DNA from: a virus
Lineage: Duplodnaviria > Caudoviricetes
Length of the DNA: 52,259 nucleotides
Strand: one strand, 5' to 3'
IMG/VR virus record: IMGVR_UViG_3300030106_001108
Span: 1 to 52,259 of that record
Under the pieces are notes generated by a model. It ran no database searches, was not told where the DNA came from, and saw only the letters and a program-made list of their open reading frames with translations. Positions 45,035-52,259 of this stretch are shown here, in pieces (position 1 is the stretch's first letter; each line of letters begins with the position of its first letter). Position numbers and translations under genes: made by a program.

Positions 45035-45529
45035 ATGAATATATTTTACGTAGATAAAGACCCAGCAAATGCTGCTATGTGTTTACCAGATAAACTAGTA
45101 GTAAAAATGCCTTTAGAATCAGCTCAAATGCTAAGTACAGCACACCGTTTATTAAGTGGCGATGACTACTGTGATGAGCGTGGTATTTACTTAAAGGCTT
45201 ACATGAATCATCCATGTACTATATGGGCTAGGGAAACTAGTCAAAATTACTTATGGTTATATTATCACTTTTATTTTTTATGTAGAGAGTATGAAACTAG
45301 GTATGATAGACAGCATTTAAGTTTTACAAAACTTAACGATGCATTATCTCAATTACCGCTCAATATACCTGATGCAGGTTTAACTACTATGCCTCAAGCT
45401 ATGCCTGACGAGTACAAAAACAATGACCCAGTACAAGCTTACCGTGATTACGTAGTCAATGAAAAAACTTACGCACAGTGGAATAAAATACCTAGCAGAC
45501 AACCAGAGTGGTGGCAAATTGCGTCCTAG
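45035..45529 (+). CDS. Pyrimidine-dimer DNA glycosylase-like protein
   Basis: MNIF..D.DP...A....DK.VVKM.LESAQMLST, NHPCTIW, QAMP, AYR.Y. Confidence 0.7.
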   Translation: MNIFYVDKDPANAAMCLPDKLVVKMPLESAQMLSTAHRLLSGDDYCDERGIYLKAYMNHPCTIWARETSQNYLWLYYHFYFLCREYETRYDRQHLSFTKLNDALSQLPLNIPDAGLTTMPQAMPDEYKNNDPVQAYRDYVVNEKTYAQWNKIPSRQPEWWQIAS

Positions 45530-45863
45530 TAGTGCTAAGGCTAAAGGACGTAAGCTACAGCAGTGGTTTACTAATAAATTAGTAGAGATACTTAAACTTG
45601 ATGCAGAAGATTTAGAAAGCAGACCTATGGGTAGTCAAGGTGAAGATATAATTATGGGTAAACAGTCACGTGATAAGTTTCCTTATAGTATAGAGTGTAA
45701 AAATCAAGAAGCAGTTAACTTGTGGAAAGCGTATGCACAAGCAGAAGAAAACTGTAAAGGTTACGAGCCTTTAGTAGTGCTTAAACGTAATAGAAGTAAA
45801 CCACTAGTATTACTTGAAGCTGAATATTTTATTAAATTACATGAGGAGAAAAATGAGAGCTGA
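45519..45863 (+). CDS. Holliday junction resolvase-like PD-(D/E)xK nuclease
   Basis: SAKAKGRKLQ, GEDI, IECKNQE; likely TTG start at 45519. Confidence 0.75.
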   Translation: MRPSSAKAKGRKLQQWFTNKLVEILKLDAEDLESRPMGSQGEDIIMGKQSRDKFPYSIECKNQEAVNLWKAYAQAEENCKGYEPLVVLKRNRSKPLVLLEAEYFIKLHEEKNES

Positions 45864-46701
45864 TTTAAATTTAAAAAGGGTAGATGATTTTAATAGGTTT
45901 ATGGTAGAAAGACATAATATATTTATACGTAAAGAGTTATCAAAACTACCATACCCATGGAGTCAAGACCCTATACTAACCGAGTTTAGTTTTTGTAACG
46001 TGTATCGTGAGTTAGACAAGGTAACTATATGGATAAGGGAAAACTGGAGAGAGCCACACGCTGACAACCCTAACCTACCTTTTGCTATGGCTATGGCTAG
46101 GCAAATAAATTGGCCAGACACTCTTGAGGAAATAGGTTTTCCTCATACGTTTGACCCTGAAAAAGTAAAAGCCATAATGCAGGCTAGAAAAGATAGGGGC
46201 GAAAAGGTATATACAGGGGCATACATGTTAACTGGTACGTTGGGTGGCACTAAGATAGAGCAAACCGTAGATAAAATACTGTTGCCTTTATATAAAAATT
46301 TTCCTAATGACTATAGTAGTTTAGAAAATTGTTGGAAAAGTTTTTTACCATACGCTGGGTTTAGTGATTTTATGTCTTACGAAGTAGTAACAGATTTACG
46401 ACACACTAAATGGTTAGCGGGAGCACCAGATATCATGACTTGGGCTAATCCTGGACCAGGAGCTATGAGAGGACTAAATAGAATATTTGGCAGGGAATTA
46501 AATAGTAAACAAAAGAAACCTTTATTTATACAAGAAATGAGAGATTTACTAGCCTTACTTAATAATGAGCCACTACCACTAGAGATGAGAGATATAGAAC
46601 ATTGTCTATGTGAGTTTGATAAATACGAGAGGGTACGTCTAGGTCAAGGTAGACCACGTGCTAAATATAAACCACGTGAATATACGGAGGATCTACTATA
46701 A
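45853..46701 (+). CDS. aGPT-Pplase1 / 5-hmdU DNA kinase helical-domain-like protein (thymine hypermodification)
   Basis: ERH.IF..K....PWS.DPIL..F.FCNVYRE.D, F..YEVVTD, GPGA.RGL, IEH.LCEFDKY; start after GAGGAG. Confidence 0.8.
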   Translation: MRADLNLKRVDDFNRFMVERHNIFIRKELSKLPYPWSQDPILTEFSFCNVYRELDKVTIWIRENWREPHADNPNLPFAMAMARQINWPDTLEEIGFPHTFDPEKVKAIMQARKDRGEKVYTGAYMLTGTLGGTKIEQTVDKILLPLYKNFPNDYSSLENCWKSFLPYAGFSDFMSYEVVTDLRHTKWLAGAPDIMTWANPGPGAMRGLNRIFGRELNSKQKKPLFIQEMRDLLALLNNEPLPLEMRDIEHCLCEFDKYERVRLGQGRPRAKYKPREYTEDLL

Positions 46702-47483
46702 TGATTATTTATATTCCAACTAGAGGCAGGGCAGACAACCAAGTTACCTTGTCATTTTTTCCAGAAGACATGCGTAAAGACGTAGTGTTAGTTATCGATG
46801 AAGATGAAAAACATTTATACGAAAATAAATACGATTGTAAATACATGGTTATACCTGAAGATATAAAAGGTATAGCTAAAAAACGTCAGTACATACATAA
46901 ACATACTGAGGATAAAAAGATAGTAATGTTAGATGATGATTTACGTTTTTATATACGTAAGTCTCCTACAGACTGGCATTTAAGATACTTAGAGCCTGAA
47001 GAGTATAAAGCTTTATTTGGTTTACTTGATAAGTGGCTAGACGATTATGCCCATGTAGGCGTAAGTGCTAGGGAGGGTAATAATAGAGTAGAACACCTAG
47101 CGGTAGAAAATACAAGATATATGAGGGTACTAGGCTATAACTTAGATATGTTTGATGGTATAGAGTTAGGCAGAGTTGATGTTATGGAAGACTTTGACAT
47201 AAATCTGCAATTATTGCGTCAAGGTAAGCCGAGTAAAATTAGCTACTATTACGCACAAGGTCAAAAAAGCTCTAACGCAGAGGGTGGCTGTAGTGAGTGG
47301 CGTACTATAGAAGTACATAACGCTGGGGCAGAAAAGCTACACGCCCTACACCCAGATTTTGTTAAGGTAGTAGAAAAAGAAACTAAAACTGCTTGGAATG
47401 GTTTGCCTCGTAAAGATGTAAATGTACAGTGGAAAAGAGCTTTTAAAAGTGGTCAGCAGGTAAAACAAGGAGGGCTGTGGTAA
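46701..47483 (+). CDS. GT-A fold glycosyltransferase, TET-associated (TAGT)/GREB1-like
   Basis: IYIPTRGR, GIAKKRQ, MLDDD (DxD), EDFD..LQLL..G, GGC, HP.FVK. Confidence 0.78.
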   Translation: MIIYIPTRGRADNQVTLSFFPEDMRKDVVLVIDEDEKHLYENKYDCKYMVIPEDIKGIAKKRQYIHKHTEDKKIVMLDDDLRFYIRKSPTDWHLRYLEPEEYKALFGLLDKWLDDYAHVGVSAREGNNRVEHLAVENTRYMRVLGYNLDMFDGIELGRVDVMEDFDINLQLLRQGKPSKISYYYAQGQKSSNAEGGCSEWRTIEVHNAGAEKLHALHPDFVKVVEKETKTAWNGLPRKDVNVQWKRAFKSGQQVKQGGLW

Positions 47484-48490
47484 TGGATGTTATAAACTGT
47501 AGAAATGTAAATGATGGGTTTATAAAAGCTATGGATATGCTATCTTTTGATCAACAAGATATAAGAGAAAGTAGAGCAGGTCAAGTAATAGAGCATGATA
47601 CACCAGTAGCTACGGTATTTAGTAAACCTTATGAAAGAGTTTTATTTGAAGAAGTAAGAGACGCTAATCCTTTCTTTCACTTTATGGAGGGGCTATGGAT
47701 GTTAGCGGGTCGTAATGATTTAGGGTTTGTAAGAAAGTACAATAAACGTATGTCTGAGTATAGTGACGACGGTATAAGTTTACATGGTGCATACGGCTAT
47801 AGATGGATAAAACATTTTAACGTTAATCAAATAGATGTAATAATTAAAAGATTGAAAAAAGATCCTACCGATAGACGTTGTGTTTTACAAATGTGGGACG
47901 CTAAGTCTGACCTCAACCGTGCTGGAGTAGATGTGCCTTGTAATACGTGTATATATTTTAAGATACGTAATAACGAGTTATTGATGACTGTAAGTAATAG
48001 GTCTAACGATGTTATATGGGGCACATTCGGGGCTAATATAGTACATATGTCTATGTTACAGGAATATGTGGCTAGTGCCTTAGATGTTAGTATCGGGGCG
48101 TATACTCAGGTTAGTGATAGTTTCCATGCTTATACCAATGTGTTTGATGAGATGCATGCTAGGCTTGAAGAGTTAGAATTATTTGATTTTTATTTTATGA
48201 AACATATAGAAAACCCATATGAAAATAGAGCTATAAACTATTACCCAATGGTAAACCAGACTAGTATAGTAGACTGGAATAAAGATTTAGATAAATTTTT
48301 AGAACGTAAACCTTTTGAAGATATGGACTTTGAAGATATATTCTTCAGTCATGTAGCTGTACCATTACAAGATGCTTGGGCATTACATAAACTAGGCGAA
48401 ACTGATGACGCTATGTCAGAAGTACAAGAGTGTATAGCTACTGACTGGGCAACAGCAGGCTTTGACTGGCTTATGAGGAGAGCTAAATGA
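47483..48490 (+). CDS. Thymidylate synthase-superfamily enzyme, likely dUMP hydroxymethylase
   Basis: RDANPFFH, AYG.RW, DRR.V, PCN, RSND..WG..GAN (Asn = uracil specificity), SFHAY. Confidence 0.85.
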   Translation: MDVINCRNVNDGFIKAMDMLSFDQQDIRESRAGQVIEHDTPVATVFSKPYERVLFEEVRDANPFFHFMEGLWMLAGRNDLGFVRKYNKRMSEYSDDGISLHGAYGYRWIKHFNVNQIDVIIKRLKKDPTDRRCVLQMWDAKSDLNRAGVDVPCNTCIYFKIRNNELLMTVSNRSNDVIWGTFGANIVHMSMLQEYVASALDVSIGAYTQVSDSFHAYTNVFDEMHARLEELELFDFYFMKHIENPYENRAINYYPMVNQTSIVDWNKDLDKFLERKPFEDMDFEDIFFSHVAVPLQDAWALHKLGETDDAMSEVQECIATDWATAGFDWLMRRAK

Positions 48491-49173
48491 GTGATAAAAT
48501 TTATCAATGGTCGTATAGTAGACTTAGCACGTTTGAGAGCTGTCCTAAAAAAGCATACTATGCTTATGTTAAACGTATTAAAGAGCCTGGAAATAAATAC
48601 ATGGAACGTGGTAAAACTATGCACAGCATGTGTGAGGATTATATAAGGGGCAGATACGAAGACATACCTAAAGAGTTAGCTGATTTTGAAGAAGCTTTTG
48701 ATAATTTAAAAGAGCTACATTTAAAAGGTTATGTAACTTGTGAGGGTGATTGGGCTTTTGATAAAGACTGGAAACCTGCTCCTTGGTTTGGTGACACAAC
48801 TTGGGGCAGAGCTAAAGTAGATGCTTTTGTATACATAGACGGTCAACCTAACGCTAGAGTTATAGATTTTAAAACAGGTAGGTATGACGGTAATCAAGAA
48901 ACACACAGAGAGCAGTGTGAGTTATATGGAGCCGTTGTGTTAGAACGTATGCCAGAAGTAGAAACTATAACTACAGAGCTGTGGTATTTAGACCATGGTA
49001 AAATAGATAGATATGAATATAGTGAAGATAACATTACCTATAAAAGAGAAAAGCTTAATAATAGAGCCGTAGCTATGACAGAAGCTACAGAGTTTCCAGC
49101 TAAACCGAGTACATTCGGTTGTAAGTGGTGTTATTTTGGTAAGGAGAAAATTTGTGAAGACAGGTATGAATGA
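48487..49173 (+). CDS. PD-(D/E)xK exonuclease (Cas4/RecB-like, 4-Cys)
   Basis: WSYS.L..F..CP, G..MH, KVD...IDFKTG, C..C.......C. Confidence 0.85.
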   Translation: MSDKIYQWSYSRLSTFESCPKKAYYAYVKRIKEPGNKYMERGKTMHSMCEDYIRGRYEDIPKELADFEEAFDNLKELHLKGYVTCEGDWAFDKDWKPAPWFGDTTWGRAKVDAFVYIDGQPNARVIDFKTGRYDGNQETHREQCELYGAVVLERMPEVETITTELWYLDHGKIDRYEYSEDNITYKREKLNNRAVAMTEATEFPAKPSTFGCKWCYFGKEKICEDRYE

Positions 49174-49657
49174 TTTATTTAATATGATACGTGGTGGGGC
49201 TATAAAACGCTACCACACCTTAGAGATTATAGGTGAGCAGTCAGTCGCTTCTCACTCTTGGGGCGTAGCTATTATCCTACAGTTTTTAGAACCTAACGTA
49301 AGTAAACAAGCTATATTAAGAGCCTTAACTCATGACGTAGCAGAACTTTTTACTGGTGACGTGCCTGCTCCTGTAAAATGGGATAACCCTGATTTAGTAG
49401 AAGTATTAAAAAGGATAGAGGATAAGTATGAGAGTGACATAGGTATAGAGTATGAACTTACCCCACAAGAAATAGCGTTAGGTAAACAGGCTGACATGTT
49501 TGAGTTATTGGTTTTTTGTGTACGTCAAAGGCGTTTAGGCAATACTAATATGAATGAAGTTTTTAGCAACGGTGTTGAGTATTTAGCATCAATTAATTTA
49601 AATAGTAGAGGTAAAGAGTTGCTAGGTTATCTCACTAAAATTTATGGAGGAATATAA
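49166..49657 (+). CDS. HD-domain 5'-deoxynucleotidase (YfbR-like)
   Basis: RYH, SVASHS, ALTHDVAE..TGD.P.PVK, KQAD. Confidence 0.88.
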   Translation: MNDLFNMIRGGAIKRYHTLEIIGEQSVASHSWGVAIILQFLEPNVSKQAILRALTHDVAELFTGDVPAPVKWDNPDLVEVLKRIEDKYESDIGIEYELTPQEIALGKQADMFELLVFCVRQRRLGNTNMNEVFSNGVEYLASINLNSRGKELLGYLTKIYGGI

Positions 49658-49956
49658 TGGAAGGAAGTGACTTTAACATTATAAGAAAACTAGCTAACTT
49701 AGACGTTAGTAAACTAGAACAAGCTGAACGTAGCTACGGCGACAGTTGGCGTAAACGTGGTGGCATAGGTGCTTTTATGATGCTAGCACGTAAGTGGGAT
49801 AGGATAGAGAATCAAGTAACTAAAGACGGTTATGACATATTTGAGTCTATCTATAATGACCCTAGTGATACAGGTATATTAGATGATATACGTGATTTAC
49901 GTAGATATTTACTATTAGTTGAGGGGTTTATGAGTAACGGTGAAAACTTTGACTAG
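49657..49956 (+). CDS. Nucleotide-modification-associated (Nmad1/MazG-like) helical protein
   Basis: YGDSW..RG......RKWDR, D.I.DL..Y. Confidence 0.65.
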   Translation: MEGSDFNIIRKLANLDVSKLEQAERSYGDSWRKRGGIGAFMMLARKWDRIENQVTKDGYDIFESIYNDPSDTGILDDIRDLRRYLLLVEGFMSNGENFD

Positions 49957-50368
49957 AGGCATAACGTTTAGTGCTTTTGATTTATTTCATGCTGGTCATG
50001 TGGCTATGTTATCTGAGGCTAAAGGTCAGTGTGATTATTTAGTTGCTTGTATCCACGCTGACCCCAGTAAAGAAAACCCAGATAAAAATAAACCTGTACA
50101 AAGTTTATTAGAACGTCAAATACAAGTAAACGGCTGTCGTTATGTAGACGAAACTATAGTTTACGAAAGCGAAGAAGACTTACGTAATATATTAAGAACT
50201 ATACCTTGGGACGTTAGAATTATAGGTGAAGAATATATGAATAAACATTTTACAGGTAAAGAGGAATTTAATTTACCTAGTAAAAAAGTTTACTACAATT
50301 ACAGACAACATACATTCAGTAGTAGCGAGTTAAGAAGTAGAATACAATGCAAGACACAAGACAAATAA
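49940..50368 (+). CDS. Cytidylyltransferase (TagD/glycerol-3-phosphate CT-like)
   Basis: FDLFHAGH (HxGH), KPVQS..ER, YVDE, R.H..SSSELR. Confidence 0.9.
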   Translation: MKTLTRGITFSAFDLFHAGHVAMLSEAKGQCDYLVACIHADPSKENPDKNKPVQSLLERQIQVNGCRYVDETIVYESEEDLRNILRTIPWDVRIIGEEYMNKHFTGKEEFNLPSKKVYYNYRQHTFSSSELRSRIQCKTQDK

Positions 50369-52239
50369 GTTTGTTTACGCCCGAGGTGGACTGGACTCCA
50401 CCCAGTAGTTTACCAGAGTTGAGTGGATACAACGAAGTAGCTATTGATCTAGAGACATACGATCCATTACTAATGTCTCATGGTCCATCTTGGGCATTCC
50501 CAGACGCTGGGTATATAACTGGTGTAGCTATAGCCACTAAAGATTTTAGTTTGTATTTTCCTATACAACATAAAGGCGGTGGTAATTTAGATAAAGAATT
50601 AGTTTTGAGGTGGTTAGGTAAACAAATGTTACACAATAACGATAAGATATTTCATAATTCTTTATATGATATGGGTTGGCTAAAACGCTACGGTATAACT
50701 GTAAACGGCAAAATACAAGACACAATGTTTGCTGCTCCTTTAATAGATGAAAACCAATATAGTTACTCACTAAATAGTCTGGGAGAAAAATATTGTGGGG
50801 AGAAAAAAGACGAAACTTTACTTTACAATGCAGCTCGTGCTTATGGTGTTGATGCTAAAAGCGAGATGTATCTACTACCTGCTAAATATGTTGGTCCCTA
50901 CGGTGAGCAAGATGCAGCATTAACTTTAAAATTATGGGGCGTGTTTAAAAAATTAATAGAGTTAGAAAACGTAGGAAAAATATACGAGCTTGAAACTGGC
51001 TTAATACCTATATTACTTGACATGAGGTATAAAGGAGTACCAGTTGATTTAGGCGTAGCTGAGCAGGTAAGTAAAAGGTTACAAAAAGAGGAAAACGATA
51101 TACTAAATAATATACATAAAGAGTTCGGTATGAAACCAGAACTCTGGGCAGCACAGTCAGTAGCTACGGTATTTGATAGAGCTGGTCTAAGTTACCCACG
51201 AACACCTAAAACTAACGCCCCATCATTTGCTGGAGACTGGCTAGAAACACACGACCATAAGTTAGCTAATAACATAGCACGAGCACGTAAGTTAAATAAA
51301 GCTAGGACTACATTCATAGATAAAATGATATTAGAGCATAACGTAAACGGTAGAATACATGGAGAGTTACACCCTTTACGTAGTGACCGTGGAGGCACAG
51401 TGACAGGTAGGTTTAGTAGTAGCAACCCTAATTTACAACAAGTACCAGCACGTAATGAAGATATTGGTCCTCTTATACGTAGTATTTTTGTACCTGAAAA
51501 AGATCATTACTGGGGCGTGTTTGATTATTCTCAACAAGAACCTAGACTTACAGTTCACTATGCTTCGGCTACCGAACAAGAGGGTGCAAGCGAGGCAGTA
51601 GATGCTTACCGTAATCAAGACGCTGATTTTCATCAAGTAGTAGCAGATATGGCTAACATAAGTCGTAAAGAAGCTAAGATTATTAATTTAGGATTAAGCT
51701 ACGGTATGGGTAAAGAAAAATTAGTAAAACAATTAGATTTATCAATGCAGGAAGCAGAGGTTTTATTTGACACATACCATAAAAGAGTTCCTTTTATAAA
51801 AGGGCTACGTGATCAATGTGCTAGGCTCGGTGCTAATCGTGGATACATTACAACTATAGCTGGTCGTAAATGCAGGTTTAATTTATACGAGCCTAAAAAT
51901 GAAAGAAAGACACCGTACCCTTATGAAAAAGCAATAACAGAATATGGTAGTCAAGTTAAAAGGGCATACACTTACAAAGCTATGAATAGACTTATACAAG
52001 GCTCAGCAGCAGACATGACTAAACAAGCCATGCTTGAGCTGTATAAAGAGGGCATACTGCCCCACACACAAGTTCACGATGAGTTAGATATATCTGTAAC
52101 TGACTCAAAACAATGTGAAGTCATTATGAAAATAATGTCTGAATGCACACCTTTATGTGTTCCCAATAAAGTTGATGCAGAGATAGGTAGAAGTTGGGGA
52201 GAAGCAACCGTACACTACAAGGAGTTTTTTAATGAGTAA
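50347..52239 (+). CDS. DNA polymerase, family A, with 3'-5' exonuclease
   Basis: IDLET, HN..YD, TGRFSS..PNLQQ, DYSQQEPR, AK.IN.G..YG, N..IQGSAAD, VHDE. Confidence 0.97.
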   Translation: MQDTRQISLFTPEVDWTPPSSLPELSGYNEVAIDLETYDPLLMSHGPSWAFPDAGYITGVAIATKDFSLYFPIQHKGGGNLDKELVLRWLGKQMLHNNDKIFHNSLYDMGWLKRYGITVNGKIQDTMFAAPLIDENQYSYSLNSLGEKYCGEKKDETLLYNAARAYGVDAKSEMYLLPAKYVGPYGEQDAALTLKLWGVFKKLIELENVGKIYELETGLIPILLDMRYKGVPVDLGVAEQVSKRLQKEENDILNNIHKEFGMKPELWAAQSVATVFDRAGLSYPRTPKTNAPSFAGDWLETHDHKLANNIARARKLNKARTTFIDKMILEHNVNGRIHGELHPLRSDRGGTVTGRFSSSNPNLQQVPARNEDIGPLIRSIFVPEKDHYWGVFDYSQQEPRLTVHYASATEQEGASEAVDAYRNQDADFHQVVADMANISRKEAKIINLGLSYGMGKEKLVKQLDLSMQEAEVLFDTYHKRVPFIKGLRDQCARLGANRGYITTIAGRKCRFNLYEPKNERKTPYPYEKAITEYGSQVKRAYTYKAMNRLIQGSAADMTKQAMLELYKEGILPHTQVHDELDISVTDSKQCEVIMKIMSECTPLCVPNKVDAEIGRSWGEATVHYKEFFNE

Positions 52240-52259
52240 ACGTACAGAGAAAGATCAGA

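Noticed and set aside
47483-48490. dCMP hydroxymethylase or ordinary ThyA
   Set aside because: Asn rather than Asp at the specificity site argues against dCMP. The divergent sequence and neighbouring hypermodification genes argue against plain ThyA, though this is not excluded.
2945-51636. Numerous minus-strand ORFs nested in long plus-strand genes (e.g. 2945..3352, 13701..14147, 37490..37924)
   Set aside because: They are antisense shadows of well-supported genes, without RBS or motifs.

Overview
An AT-rich tailed dsDNA phage (Caudoviricetes) genome segment with podovirus-like morphogenesis genes. A marine proteobacterial host is an inference from gene content. Layout: (i) 340-2300, a mostly non-coding control region with two duplicated minus-strand mini-gene units, divergent TTTACT-type promoters, palindromes and GATC/CATG/AAAGACA-rich blocks; (ii) 2315-21157, packaging and head genes (terminase, P22-like portal, small basic proteins, GroES, scaffold, major capsid) and tail genes (fibre with S74 chaperone); (iii) 21154-27997, a lysis region interrupted by a five-gene CsgF-CsgG-curlin-like-FecR-CHASE2/adenylate cyclase cassette; (iv) 27999-38527, tail nozzle and probable ejection proteins; (v) 38519-52239, replication genes (SNF2 helicase, SSB-like, AEP primase, UvrD, resolvase, family A polymerase) surrounding a thymine-hypermodification cluster (dUMP hydroxymethylase-like, aGPT-Pplase1-like, TAGT/GREB1-like glycosyltransferase, HD hydrolase, Nmad1-like, cytidylyltransferase). 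The three best candidates for new biology are the envelope-spanning cyclase cassette, a possible TET-independent base-J-like modification, and a reciprocal avoidance/enrichment of 5'-T[C/G] dinucleotides in the control region that may be the footprint of that modification. All family calls come from motif recognition by eye; no database searches were run.
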